A stretch of 64,000 bases of DNA, taken from assembly GCF_009914755.1 (NCBI RefSeq), contig NC_060927.1; one strand, 5' to 3'. Positions 27,831-43,528 of this stretch are shown here, in pieces. The translations under genes and the position numbers were made by a program. Within the stretch, counting starts at the first letter, position 1; each line of letters opens with the position of its first letter. Origin of the DNA: the human T2T-CHM13v2.0 reference genome, Homo sapiens. The notes below the pieces were generated by a model, which ran no database searches, was not told the origin of the DNA, and was given only the letters and a program-made list of their open reading frames with translations.

Positions 27831-28293
27831 TGGAGAGAATTAGTCATTCTGATACCACTTTTGTTATTAGCTAAGACTCTTTATGTTGCAGGTAACAGCA
27901 GTCTAATTAATTCATTTAAATAAAAAGATAATATTATAGGGATATTTGAGTGTGTGTCTGATAACCCAGGAACTGAAATGTTCTGGATATCAGAAACAAC
28001 AGAAACCAGGAATTCTCTCCAACTCTCATCTATGCTCTCACTCCAAGTGCGCTTTATTTTTTCTCACATCGCAGATTGCTCCTGGCTGCCCACAGCCTGC
28101 CTGAAGAACATGACCACAGGCACCCAGAGAGAAACTTACTTTTGGCCAGTTGTAAAACTCTTGGGCGAGGGACCAGTTAGTCTAACTTGATTGAGTTTTG
28201 GATCAGTCAGCTATTTTGGTAATTAAAGTGAAAGGGTCCAGATGACACTAATATTGGGAGCTAGTTTGACAAAATATTTAACAAAATGAATAC

Positions 28294-28780
<487 letters not shown>

Positions 28781-29137
28781 AAATACTTTTTTCTAAAGGA
28801 AGAAAACTTAGTCATTTATTTAGCTTTAATAATTGGCTTTTTGAGTTTGTTCAATACTTTAAGCTCTGTGAGCATATGGATCATGTCAGCCATCTAGCAC
28901 AGGGTTTAGAAAACAGTAACTGCTCAAACTTTTGCTGTGAATGAATGAAGGAGCAAATGAATGATTTTCCTGAAAGGGAAATAAAAACAGAATTCAGTTT
29001 CTGATCATTGTCCAGGGAATGGCTTGGACACAAATAGTTGACCTGTTGGAAGAGAATATACATTTTTAATAAAGGAGAAGGGACTGTGTTTTTCCTGGAG
29101 GGAGGAGACCTGTAAAGAAAAATATAGAGGTGTGGGG

Positions 29138-29841
<704 letters not shown>

Positions 29842-30489
29842 TCAAGTTAATTTTAACTATATAACACCATACCTTTTGGTCAATTTTTCAATTTTTGTCC
29901 CTTTTCTCCCATTTTTCCTCAGTCTCCATATATTTGTCTCTTAGCACTTCCTTTTATTTTCCATAACGTACCTCTCAGTAGAGTATAAAATGGAGATATT
30001 TTTTATTTTTAAAATATGAGTTTTGTGTTGCTTGTTCCTAACCTTAAAAAATGATTGGTATATGGTATGTGCCTTTCTTGACAGTGAACTATTTGATAGT
30101 CATATATTTAAAATTAAGAATTTAATAGACCTTCCCACTAGGGAAGCATTTGTTTCCTAGGCACCTTTGGAAGGTGCTACATTAATGAATTAGTTTTATT
30201 ATTTTAGATAAATTGTTTTTCCCTATTTTTAGAATATTAATAGAGTCAGGTTGGAAGATACAAATAAACACTGATTCAGAACGCCACATGAGAGTCTGAA
30301 AGCCATGTCATAGCAGTAGTTAAACAGAGTATTAAATGCAGATGAACAAGATGTCGGAAAGCAATGGTAATGTTAGCAAAGCTAGAGAGAAGATAATTTC
30401 TTATATTTTACAGCAAATGTTGTTGTCTATGTAAAGAAAATTATAGGCATGACTGTGAAGAAATGAGGTTTATTTAAGATGCCAAAAGT

Positions 30490-30773
30490 GGCTGGGCGTG
30501 ATGGCTTATGCCTGTAATCCCATCGCTTTGGGAGGCCAAGGCAGAAGGATTTCTTGGGGCTAGAAGTTCAAGACAAACCTGAGCAACACAGCGAGACCCT
30601 ATCTCTACAGAAAATTTAGGAAATTAGCTGGGCATGGTGGCATGTGCCTGTAGTCCCAGCTACTCGAGAGGCTGAGGTGGGAGGATCACTTGAGCCCGAC
30701 AGGTTGACGCTGCAGTCAGCCGTGTTTGTACCACTGCACTCCAGCCCTGTCTCAAAAAAAAATAAAAATAAAA
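30490..30773 (+). mobile_element. AluJ; TSD aagatgcca(a/g)aagt
   Basis: Alu consensus with a short 3' deletion. Confidence 0.88.
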
Positions 30774-31356
30774 AGATGCCAGAAGTTTTGTATCAGAAAA
30801 TTTCAACAGTGCAAAAAAGCCTTATGGTAAAAAATAAATAAAAAGAAATAAAATAAAACTTCAAGAGGTTAACTCTTGGTCCATTATTTAAAACATTTTT
30901 TGAAGTGTCTTTGGACAAGGCCTTTTACAGCTCATTTGTGATAGTCATACAGTTTTCTTTGCTGTAATAAAAGCTTGGTTTTGAGTCTCACCATTGAGTT
31001 CAAATCTTAACTCTGCCTCTTGATGGCACTATAATCTTGGGCAGATCATTTAACCTCTAGCAGCTTTATTTTCTCATCTATAAATCAGAGCTAATAACCC
31101 CCATCAAATTCTCCTTCAGAGGACAAATGTTTGTCACCATTTAGGGTGATTTTTCTAAAATATGTCTAATTGTTCTACTTGCCCACTTAAAATTCCCCCA
31201 TCTTTCTCACATAACCTCTGTAGCATGTCCCATTACTCTGTAGCTTTTCTGTGTTTGCTTCTAACCTTCCTTCCTCCTGTGCTTTTTCCAAGTTCTTTTC
31301 CCTGAACAGCACTGCTAGCTGCTCCTGGCAGCTTTTTATTTAAAAAATGAAAAAAA

Positions 31357-31527
31357 GGCCAGGTGCCATGGTTCAAGCCTGTAATCTTAGTGCTTTGGGG
31401 AGCTGAGATGGGAGGATTTCTTGACCCCAGGAGTTTGAGGCTGCAGTGGGCTGTGATTGCATCACTGCACTCCTTCCTGGATGACAGAGCGAGACCCCGT
31501 CTCTAAAAATAAAAAAGGAAAAAAAAA
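31357..31527 (+). mobile_element. FRAM-like Alu monomer
   Basis: Single right-arm-type monomer with A tail. Confidence 0.75.
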
Positions 31528-31904
31528 CTTACACTGCTCTTTTTAATACTAGGAAAGCTCTTTGAGATTAGAAATTGGCTGATGTTTTTTCTTACAGTTT
31601 TGTTTTATAAATTTTTTAACTTAAAATATTAATGTAATGAAAGAAATCACTTTGGAGGAAATTTAAAACTAAAATGAATTCATACTGAATTATGTTTTAA
31701 GACTTGTGGTATTCCCTGTAATGCATAAAAAGCAATGTGAGGAATCACTGCTCAAATTGATAATGTTTAAAATGGAGAATAAGAGCATAGAAAAAAAAAT
31801 ACGGGACTAATTGTACAATATTTTAACATTTTTAGGTTTTACATATTGAGTTAACCTGATCACCTACTTGAAGCAGTCTAGCATTAACTGTTAAATGTTT
31901 AATG

Positions 31905-32360
31905 AAGTAGTTCTCAACCTTGGCTGCTATCTCAGTTACATGTAATGTTTTAAAAAAATGCAGGCCAGGTTGGGTGGCTCATGCTTGTAATCTCAGCACT
32001 TTGGGAGGTTGAGGCAGGAGGATTGCTTGAGCCCAGGAGTTTAAGAGCAGCCTGGGCAGTATAGCAAGATCCTGTCTACAAAAAATTTAAAAATTAGCTA
32101 GATGTGCTGGTGCGCACCTGTGGTCCTAGCTACTCAGGAGGCTGAGGTGGGAAGATCACTTGAGCCCAGGAGGTCGAGGCTAAGTGAGCTAGGATCATGC
32201 CAGTACACTCCAGCCTGAGCCACAGAACAAGACCTGCCTCAAAACAAAAACCAGAACAAAAAACAGTCACACCAGGGCCCCATCCTATTGGAATCATCTC
32301 TAGGGGAGGTTCCCACACCTGCATTAAAACAAAACTCAGAAGCCAAGGGTAAGAACCAAG
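31905..32360. mobile_element. MER5-like hAT-Charlie DNA transposon interrupted by an AluJ
   Basis: Terminal inverted repeats agtagttctcaaccttggctg ... agccaagggtaagaacca. Confidence 0.65.
31963..32263 (+). mobile_element. AluJ
   Basis: Alu consensus. Confidence 0.9.
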
Positions 32361-33349
32361 GAAGTAATGTATACTTTTAAAGTAATGTATACGTTTTAAA
32401 ATTTGCATACAGTGTACCTCTGGTAATTTCCAGGCTTTTATGACATATAATCATCAATTATTCAAAATAAAAAGTGAATCAATTTTAGAAACTCCCCTCC
32501 TCCCCCCTTTTTTTAGACATTAGAAGTTAAATCTCACGGTTTACCTGTATCAATTTGCAGATTATTGTTTGAAAAATTCTGGTGAATTGAGACTGCATTA
32601 AATTTCTCTGGATAATCTACATAAATAATCCTCAAAATAAAAGGTTCATTTCAACACGTAATAGCTTTATATTTAAAGGCATTAGGAAAGGGGGAGGCAG
32701 GGAGGGAAAGTTAGCATCTGTTTCCTGTGAGTTTTAAGCTATTTCTAATAACTTCTTTTCAGCTGCTGCTTTTATGATCTAGTTTATGGCACAGATAAGA
32801 TATATATTTCAGAAAAAATGTTTTGAGCTTTTGCTGTTGATGTTAAGATTACGATTTTTCTGTTAAATAGGACATTTGGAACAAGAACTGTTTAGGATAT
32901 AGATGAAATACATTGAAACAGCAAGAAGTTAAAGCATTTTAAAAAGCCTTGTGAATAAATCTTTACAAGAGAGTTTTTATAACTAAAGTTAATAGGAATA
33001 TCTAAAATGAATATCCAGCTAGTAAAATTAGCCATCCATTCATGAATTTAGGAAATAACTGATTTAGAATGCTATATAAAAAAAGAGTTTCTCTTTTCAC
33101 TTAGTCCTCACAAGTTTTCACCTATAATGTATTTACTCATTAAACATCAGATGTCTTCCACATGCCATGTGCTGTACTGGGGAAGACATAAACAGGAGAG
33201 ACTAGGTCCAGACTCTGTTGGAGCCCTTAGTCTAGGGGAGTAAGGGATTTTAAGTAAGCAATAGAAGAGATGTGTGTGTTCCTCTGAAAACTGCAAGGTA
33301 TTTCAGTGAGGCAGCTCTTTTGTTCTTTTTCCAAAAGAGTGACATTGGC

Positions 33350-34110
33350 TTTTCTTGGAAGTTTTAGAGCTGAAAGGGAACTTAGATCTAGTTCAGTTCC
33401 TCATTTTACAAATGAACACACTCAGATCTAGGGAAGTGAGGTGACTTTCCTAAAATGGCTCAGCTGAGGACTGGTATGGTTGGGATAGAACATGGGTCTT
33501 CTGATTCTTAACCATTGTACACTCTCTACCGTGTCCCTCAGGGGCATGTGAAAGTAAATGACATATGACAGACAGAATCATGCCCAGGAATCTATTCATT
33601 CTGCACACTATGATTGATCTAGTTTATGTTCTCTTTGTGCTAGATGGTGGCATCACTCATGATGAAGAAGATAAAGCTCTTGTTAAGTAGTTTATGGTCT
33701 ATCATGAAAAGATGGGCAATTTGGGAAATCTGTGGCTTGTTAACTTGTTTGGCATATTGAGTAACATGGCAGGTTCTGGAGCCAGACTGAGTTAAAATCC
33801 TAGCTCTCACATAATAGCTATGTAATTTGGGGAAGGAACATAAATCTCTACTCTGTTTCCTTATCTGTAAGATAGGGATAATAATGCCTACCTCATAGAG
33901 TTTTTAGGATTTAGAAATGTATATAAAGCACTTGGAACAGTGCCTGGCTCACAGTAAGCACTAACACTAACAAAAAAGTTATACTATTATTTTCACCTCA
34001 GTTATACAGGTGAGGAAGTTGAAACATAAAAAAGTTAAGTAACTTGCCTGTGATCATAAAGCTAGAAAGTTTGGGAGCCAGAATTAAAATACAGGAGTCT
34101 GAGTGCTCTG
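33350..34110. mobile_element. Cluster of MIRs (- at ~33350-33530, + at ~33760-33990, - at ~33990-34110)
   Basis: MIR core motifs in both orientations. Confidence 0.65.
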
Positions 34111-34821
34111 TTTAGATTTAGGACCTGAGCCAGGGAGTGTGTTCCAAACCCAGCACTAATACTTGAGAAGCTCTCAAAACTGTAAGTATCCCCAGGATAC
34201 TGGTGTCTCAAAAAGATAGTAATGTGTTAACTGTAAGCTATTTAGTGATACATTTGCTTTCTTCTGCAGAGAGGAGGGACTGAATTTTGGGACTGTTGCC
34301 TGCACCATCCCAGTCCAACTTGCTATGTGTTTTTATTTTTAGCCATTGGCTGATTCCAATTTGAAATTCAGAGGATTTGTGATATATTATGTGATATGTT
34401 TTAAAAATTACTAGCTCCTTGCTGCATTTTATAAAGCGTTGGAGATAGTTTTTCTTTGGTTGGCTGATTGGTTTTGGTGTTTTGTTTTTTAGAGGACTAG
34501 CCTACACCTGGTTTGAGTAAGAAAGTTTTGTTTGAGAAGCAGCGTTTTTACCACCTTCAATCTTTTGAGGAACTTTTGGCATGTGGAAAATTAAATACTA
34601 CAAACTTTCAATAGAAGGTAGACAGGTAATATGGAGAACTGAGAATTAGAAATCTTGACCATGCTGTTGGGAATTTCCCTTTTCTTTCTGCTTGTCCACT
34701 AATCTGCATTGCTTATTAAAACAGGTTGATACTTTTAAGGCTCTGCAAAGAAGTTCTTTTCATTGGTTAGTATCTAATAAGTGATAGCTGGTACAGGACT
34801 TTAAAAATATATAATAGGGGT

Positions 34822-35142
34822 TTATTTTCTTTATTTTTATTATTTATTTTATTTTTTTTTGAGACAAGGTCTTGTTCTGTTGCCCAGGCTATAGTGCAGT
34901 GGCACAATTACAGCCTACTGCAGTCTCAGCCTCCCGGGCTCAAGTAATCCTCCTACCTCAGCCTCCTAAGTAGCTGGGACTATAAACGTGAGCCACCACA
35001 CCTGGTTAATTTTTGAACTTCTTGGTAGAAAATGTTTCGCCATGTTGCCCAAGCTAGTCTTGAACTTCTGGGCTCAAGTGATCCTCCCTCCTAGGCCTTC
35101 CAAAGTGCTGGGATTACAGGCATGAACCACCATGCCTGGACT
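34822..35142 (-). mobile_element. AluJ
   Basis: Reverse Alu consensus. Confidence 0.9.
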
Positions 35143-35264
35143 AGCGGTTTCTTTTAAACAGCATATAATTGGGACTTGCTTGTTTTTCCAATCTGACAAT
35201 CTTTGCTTTTAAATTGGAATGGTTAGACCATTAACATTTAATGTTATTGTTGACATGATTGGAT

Positions 35265-35574
35265 TTATTTATTTATTTTTATTTTTTGAGATGGAGTCTT
35301 ACCCTGTCACCCAGGCCGGAGTGCAGTGGCCTGATCTCAGCTCACTGCAACCTCCGCCCTGCAGGGTTCAGGAGATTTCTCCTGCCTCAGCCTCCTAAGT
35401 AGCTGGGATTACAGGCATGCACCAGCACTCCTGGCTAAATTTTGTATTTTTAGTAGAAATGGAGTTTCACCATGTTGGCCAGGCTGTTCGCAAACTCCTG
35501 AGCTGAAGGGATCTGCCTGCCTCGGCCTCCCAGAGTGCCGGGATTACAGGTGTGAGCCACTACCGTGCCAGGCC
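35265..35574 (-). mobile_element. AluS
   Basis: Reverse Alu consensus. Confidence 0.9.
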
Positions 35575-35956
35575 TGATATAATTAGATTTAAATTAATTT
35601 TCAATTTATCCTATTTGTATTTCCTTTTTTCATGCTTGCTTTTGGGTTGAGTTTTTTTTTTTTTAATGATACTATATTAATTAATTTCTCTTCTGTATTA
35701 CCAGCTATAACTTTTTTTGTTTGTTTTTTAGTGGTTGCTTTAGAATACATCTTTATAGAATACATCTTTAGCTTATCACAGACTACGTTCACGTGATAAT
35801 TATACCCCTTCACCCACAGCGACCCCTCAACAATCCCTCTCCCAGCATTAGTGCTGTTATTGTCATATATTTTATTCTGCATGTTATAAACCCCAAAATA
35901 TATTGTTACTATTTTTGCTTTAAACATTATCTTTTAAGAGATTTAAAAAATAATTT

Positions 35957-36297
<341 letters not shown>

Positions 36298-38971
36298 TTA
36301 TTACCATTTCTGGTGTTCTTTTTTTCTTTGTATAGTTTCAGATATTCACTCACTGACATCTCCTTCTGCCTGAGAGACTTCCTTTAACATTTCTTGCAGT
36401 CAGGTCTGCTGGTGACAAATTCTTTGTTTTATTATGTCTGAAAAAAATCTTTGTCTTTTTTTTTGGAAATGTTCCTGTTGGATATAGGATTTTAGGCTGA
36501 CAGTTTTGTTTTTTACTTAAAGATGCTATGTAACTGTCTTCTGACTTGCATTGTTTCCAGTGAGAACTCTGTAATCCTTAGTTTGTTTCTCCATATAATG
36601 TGTCATCTTTTTGTCTGGCTACTTTTAAGAATTACTCTTTATCACTGGTTTTACACAGTTAGATTATGATATACCTTTTGATGTAGTTTTTTTATTTTTT
36701 GTATTTCTTGTGCTTGGTGTTTGTTCAGTTTCTTGGCTCTATGAGCTTATAGTTTCATCATATTTGGAAAGAAAGTTTGTTTTCTGTGTTTCATTTGAAT
36801 AATTTTTATGGCTGACTTCAAGTTTCTTATTTTTCCTTTGCATAGTCTAACATGCTGTTAATTTCAGTATATGTTTAATCTCAGTTGTTGTATTTCTTCA
36901 TATCTGGAAGTTTGATTTGGATCTTTTTATAATTTCTATGAGTCCACTTACCATGGTCAGGTATTTATCATTTTAAATTTATGATTACAGTTATAACAAG
37001 CGTTTACTGTCTTTTTGTCCACTAATTTCATTATCTGGGTCATTTCTGGATCAGTTTCTATTGATTGGTTTTTTACCTTATATTTTCAAGCCCCTGCACA
37101 TGCGTGATAATTTTTTGTTGGATACCAAACATTGTGAATTTTGCCTTTTTGAGTGCTGCCTTTTTGTATTCTTAAAAATATTCTTGAGCTTTGTCGTAAG
37201 GTGCAGTTAAGTTGGAACTTAGTCTGATCCTTTTGAGGCCTGCTTTTAAGCTTTTAAGGCCTCCTTTTGAAGCCTGCTTTTGAGAGTGACCAGAACAGCT
37301 ATTAAGGCTAATTTTTACCATTCACTGAGGCATCACCATTCTGAGTATTCTGCTGGATGGCCCATAAGTTACCAGGGTCTTTTTCTTTCTGACTAATGGC
37401 AATGCAAACTATTCTCAGCCCTGTGCGAGCTCTGGGGAGTGTTCTCTCTGTTCTCTGGTGATTCTTTCCCTGGCATTGCGTAGTGTCCTCTCATGCATGT
37501 GCTAATTCATGCTTAGGTAAATACTTGACGGGACCCTCTACAGATCTCCGGAGTTCTGTCTCTGTGCAGCTCTGGTACTTGTGAACTCTGACCACTTAGG
37601 TTATTCCTTCCTGCACCACAGGCGATTGTAGGTCTCAATATATTTAGTTTTCCTTTCTCAGAGATCACTGCCTTGCACTACCTGATGTCCAGTGTATGGA
37701 AACTGCTGTTTTATATATTTTGTCAGTTTTTTTGTTGTTTAAGTGGTAGGGCAGATTTAGTATCTGATATACCATCTTGGTTAGAAGCTGAAGTGACTTT
37801 ACAGCCCATGATACTTTTTGTAAATAAAGATTAGTCGTTAGAAAACAATACTTTCATGCTGTTTCAGCTTTTATACATCTATAATGATATTATTTACTTT
37901 TAGAGATGCGGGTGAACTGTTTGAAAAGATTGAAAAGATATAAAGAGTTATTGGATTCTTTACATCATGAGCGAGGAAAAAAATTAAGCTCGTCTTAAAT
38001 GGCTATGTTTCAATTTTATCTGCTATAAATGGGTAAGAGTTAGATTTTATTTAAAATTCATCTTGGCATTTAGAGACTGATACTGTTTCTGGCCATATCA
38101 GCTGAACTGTGTCATTAGAATTTTTAATTGTTTTAGGGTTTTTTTTTTAAGAATAGATGATTGATTTTTTTCTGTCTCTCTACTCTTCTTACTCAGAATT
38201 AGATGTGCTTTGAGCACGTATTAATTCTAATACGATTAAAGGTCAAGCCATACCACAAGAATATTTATATTATATGTGTTGATTAGAGTTGGACTTGTAA
38301 TGGCCGCATTGTTAGAGATTGCATTTCTACTTTCCATGAATTCTGTTGGATTTGCAGATAAAATGTTTTCTGTCTAATAGGGAGAAAATATAAATATCAT
38401 GCATTCATCTCTCATACTTTTTCATGTATCATGCCATTCACAGTTCTAGGATTCTGGAGCCACATTTGTAGCCACCATTAACCAAAACAAAAACAATCCC
38501 ACATGACTATTACCTTTGAATTCAGTATTGTACTGTATTATTCTGACACAGAAATTTGAAATCCAATGGGTTGGTGAGTGAAAAAGTCACATGCAGCTGA
38601 CAGTCACAGTTTTTATATGACTCTCCTAGATCTTTTTGTTTTGTGGACGTATGTTTGGGGGTAGATGGTTTAGAGTTCTATTAGGAGAGAGATGAAGGTA
38701 TTCTAGGTGAGTGTTGAGTGGCTGACTGCTGTTAGAGGGCAAAATGGGATAATCTTTTACAAAAAACTTGAGGTACATGATTTAGTACTTTGATTATCCT
38801 AGTGATTGTTACACTGAATCAGAAAATGCATTTACCTTAAAACCTTTATTGTAACTAGGTGAAAGTAAATGTGGTGTAACTTTTGGTTTGACTATAATGG
38901 GCAGTGGAATCTCAGATGTTAGGATCAGGTAAGAAGAAAGATTGAACTATGTCATGACCCAGTAAGTGAAG

Positions 38972-38973
<2 letters not shown>

Positions 38974-39030
<57 letters not shown>
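38974..39030. repeat. Perfect (GT)28 microsatellite
   Basis: Read directly; sits at the tail position of a reverse Alu. Confidence 0.95.
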
Positions 39031-39031
<1 letters not shown>

Positions 39032-39240
39032 TGTTGTTGTTGTTGGCGACAGGGTCTCAATTCGTCGCCTAGGCTGGGATGCAGTGGTGCAGTCACGACT
39101 CACTGCAGCCTCAACCTCATGGGCTCAGGCAGTCCTCCCACCTCGCCTCCTGAGTAGCTGGGATGACAGGCACATGCCACGATTCCCAGCTAATTTTTCT
39201 ATTTTTTTGTGGAGACGGAGTCGTGCCATGTTGCCCGGCC
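39031..39240 (-). mobile_element. 5'-truncated AluJ
   Basis: Reverse right arm plus the start of the left arm. Confidence 0.85.
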
Positions 39241-40979
39241 TGTTGTTCGTTTTTCTTTGAAGAATATACCTTTTTATTTTATTATCATTTGCTATAAATA
39301 TCACTAAACTTTGTCATCCTAAGTGAGATAATAAGGCAAGATATTTCAAGGCCTCCTTTTGTTATGTAAGCTGAATTCATAGCTTGAGGAAATAAGTCGG
39401 AGTCTCATACCTCTGTGTCAACACTGAACAGCATTTTTTGTGACGTAAAATCTCATTATCACAAATTACAAGTGCGCTATTCGGTTTTTAAAAATTTTAA
39501 TTTTGGTTTTTGAAGTCACACATAAGTTTTTATACTTTTTGAGGGAATAAAGATTTCTAATTGTACAACAGTAAATGGAATAAACAATAATAACTTTGAG
39601 TCTTCTGGAATAGATGTTCAAAAGATCAAATTTTCCATATCTCTGTAATCTAACTATAACCTCTGAGGGCAAGGGCTTGTTTTATTTGAATAAAGAACCC
39701 TATAGTAGCATGATTATGGTAGTTATGGTATAACTTTATACCATAAAATATCCCATGTGCTATTATACTGTGGCATAGCATATATACTATATATGTTACA
39801 GTTACATATAAAAATATATATTATAGTAGTATATAGTATGATTATTTGGCTTAAAGCTTTTTTTTTTTTTAGCAGGAGCATAGTTCAAGGACAATTTTTT
39901 TCAGATTAAAATGGACTTTCTTTGGGAAGCCATCTGTCCCCCCAGACTAAGTTTTGTTGAGAGTAGTGACAGGGACAGAGGCAAGACCATTAGGTTACCA
40001 TAATACCTGGACTTAGTTTGTATAATCGAGGTTAATGCCAGTCTTGTTGACTGCAGGACATACAGTTCCTAACATATTGCTTAGCATATAATATGTGTTA
40101 AATATTTGTTGACATTCGGAACTGTGCACAATGTTTTATGAGTCAGGACCATTGAGTTGCACAACTGTGGCACACCATTCACATAATGATAATATAGATT
40201 TTCTCAGTTCTGAGTTTGCTTGCTGCATAAATGTCTTAAGTCTTTGGCACCTACTGCTGTTAGAATATAGTGGCATTTGAACACACAATTAAGTATTTAG
40301 CTTATGTTACACATAATCAACTTTCAATAAATGAGATCTATAATAATTTGCCTACTCCACTCTCACCTTCCACAGTCATTTCTCCCCTGCTTCCTATTGG
40401 TTGTTTTGTTTTGAACCAGCACCCTTCCAACTCCCCCAGAGCATCCCACATCATTAGCTTCACAAGCATCTTCCATACCAGTGTCATCTTTAACAACTGT
40501 GTGGCAGTTTGGACAATGACAATCCAAATGACCCTCAGATGTATTCTAGCTATTCTTGACTGCCTTCTGGAGTCAGTATTTTCAGCCAAACAGTGAAAAT
40601 TAACAACAAACTGTGTCCAAAACTTAAAACTTAATTCTTCTTTCACCCAAATGCTTTTCCTGTGTTTTTATATTTTTATCTCTTTAATGTATTTTTTTCT
40701 GGTTGCCCGAGTTACAGATATTGCCATCTTTATCCTGCAGTTGTACTGACTTAACGATATCTTCTTGATATTTCTTCCACCATGTGTAATTTTTTATGCT
40801 CTTAGGGCTCCTTTAATGAAGGCAACTCATATGTAAAATGGGAGTATGTAAAAATAATTTGTGGGAGAGCCATGTGGGTGGGGTTTGTGAGTAGTCTCTA
40901 AGGCGCAGGCTACAGCTAGCTAGCCTAGTGTTTGTGAGCCCTCCCCTTCCCCCAGTAAAGGTTGATTCCTTTTTCTCCT

Positions 40980-42000
40980 CTTTCCTGCTTGTTTATTTTA
41001 TTCTATTTTATCCTCATTTTCTACTTCTGCCCCAAAAGCACCCATTCTAATGCCTTTCACTATATTGTTTGTGTTCTTGTAAAATGTATTTAGTGTTTGT
41101 ATTTTTAACTTACATAAATGATGCCTAATTCTTTCTTACATTTTTCTAAGCACAATGTTTTAAGCTCTCTCCCTGTTGCTATGCAAGCATCTAATTCATT
41201 GCGTTGAACAGCCACATAGTATTCCAAGGGGTATACTCATTTTATCTTATAGAAGACCAGATCGTTTCCAGCTCTCCATCCCCACTAACAGTGAACATTC
41301 TGGTCCGTAATCTTTTTTGGACCTCTGTAAGAATTAAGCAGAACTGCAAGGGGATCATAGGGCTTACTTAAATTTGATTTGACTTAAGTTGTACCAGATT
41401 GTTCCCCAGAATGGCTGTACTCATCTCCATGCCCACCAGTAGCAGAGCATGAGAATTCCTGTGTCCTCTTAGGTGCGTTCTGATTTTCTAATTTTTGCCA
41501 ATCATACTCTACACTTACATATGGAGAATATGTTCATGAACATGTAGGTCAGTCTTAGGTGTTATGCGTGGGAGATGGGTTGTTGCTCTCCCAGATATGA
41601 AGACGTGCTCCAATAATACTACACTGTATTTATTACCGTAGCCCTGTGGTAAGGTAAACAGACCAATGAAGCTGACTTGGAGCACCCAGAGATGGACATG
41701 TGTATATGTAGGATTTTAATATATAATATATAATTTATGGCAGCACCAAACACTGAGGACAAGATGGGATTGTTCATAGATGGTATAGGGAAATTGACTC
41801 ACCACAAGGAGGTAAATAAAACCGGATTCCTACTTAATACCATATATGAAGGTAGACTAGGTAGATTAAAAGCTCACATGTGAAATTTTAAAACTATACA
41901 ATGAAGAAAGAAAATGCGACCCACAGGCCAGGAAGGATTTCCTAAGTGTAGCTTCAAAATCACAAATCTTGACAATAAACTAAAGCAAATTTTATGTGAA
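40980..42000. mobile_element. Old L1 fragments (- at ~40980-41510; + ORF2-like at ~41570-42000)
   Basis: 'gtaccagattgttccccagaatggctgtac...cccaccag...gagaattcctg' and 'aaacagaccaatgaa...ttcatagatggtatagggaaattg'. Confidence 0.55.
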
Positions 42001-42336
42001 ATTAAAATTTTCTTCTTAATGGACAGGATATTTTCTTCTTTTTACCTCAAGATCTGTGTGTCTGGCAGAATGCATTGCACACTCTTCAGGAGTGGGGAGG
42101 CTGAATTGGCTATGCACATATATACTCTCTTGATAGAAGGAAGAAAGCCTCTGTTTACCAAGTTGCCCCCATTTTATTTAGCAATGAAATTGTAAGCCAC
42201 ATGACAATTCCCTTTTTCTAAGCATATGTAGGAGTAGAGTGTAGATCAGTGTTTTCTGAATATATTGTCTGTATCAGAATTACTTGAGGCAGTTGTTAAA
42301 AATGGAAATTCCTCTTTTGTCCATCTCCCCACTGTT

Positions 42337-42342
<6 letters not shown>

Positions 42343-42400
<58 letters not shown>

Positions 42401-42416
42401 TGTATGTATATATATA
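42343..42416. repeat. Compound microsatellite (TC)12(TG)13...(TA)n
   Basis: Read directly. Confidence 0.92.
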
Positions 42417-42447
42417 ATTTTTCTTTTTAAACAAAACCTCTCTAGGG

Positions 42448-42803
42448 TGGAGTTTGGCAAAGTTATTTAGCAGAAGTCCAAGTAGTAAATATTCTAGGCG
42501 TCATAGGCCATTTGATCTCTGTTAGAACCGTTCAACTCTACCCATAGTACAAAAGCAGCCATATACAATTCATAAATGAAAAAATGTGGTTGTGTTCCAA
42601 TACAGCTTTATTACGGACACCGATTTCAATTTAATAATTCAATATAAAATTTATTAATAGTTTTCACGTGTCATAAAATACTAGTTTTCTTTAGATTTTT
42701 TTAATCACTTAAAAATGTGAAAACCTTTCTTAACTAGTAGACCAAACAGAAACAGGTTGAGGGCCTGATTTGGCCCATGTGAGTCATAGTTTGCCAACTC
42801 TTG
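42448..42803. mobile_element. MER58 (B-like) hAT-Charlie DNA transposon
   Basis: TIR-like ends ttggcaaa.../...tttgccaactcttg and internal 'agtaaatattctagg...aaagcagccata...gttgtgttccaatacagctttatt'. Confidence 0.8.
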
Positions 42804-43057
42804 CTCCTTAGGCAACTAAGGTTTTCAAACCAGTGCCCTAGCTTATCTGATAGTTAACTGTCATTCTCTGTATTATTTGGGAAAAGTTCTTACATCAGTA
42901 ACATGAATTTTCAGTACCTGTAAGAGAAAGTAGTTCTTAATGGTCAGGAAGGGATAATTAAATAAATGTCTTACATAAATCTAGTTTAAGGTAAATGTAA
43001 TGTTGAAACATTTGGTTTTTTAAATTCCTTTTAAGCCTATTCAAGAGTGGGTAATAG

Positions 43058-43183
43058 AGCTGGGTGCAGTGGCCCATTCCTGTAGTCCTAGCTACTTGGG
43101 AGGCTTGAGGTAGGAGGATTGCTTGAGGCTAGGAGTTTGAGTTCAGCCTGGGCAACATGGCAAGGCCACAGTCTCTTAAAAAA
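43058..43183 (+). mobile_element. FLAM monomer
   Basis: Single left-type monomer. Confidence 0.8.
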
Positions 43184-43191
43184 GAGAATGG

Positions 43192-43528
<337 letters not shown>

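Larger units (their letters stand above)
42246..42835. mobile_element. MER5A-like element containing a microsatellite and a nested MER58
   Basis: Left end cagtgttttctgaa...atcagaattacttgagg; right end gcaactaaggttttcaaaccagtg. Confidence 0.55.
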
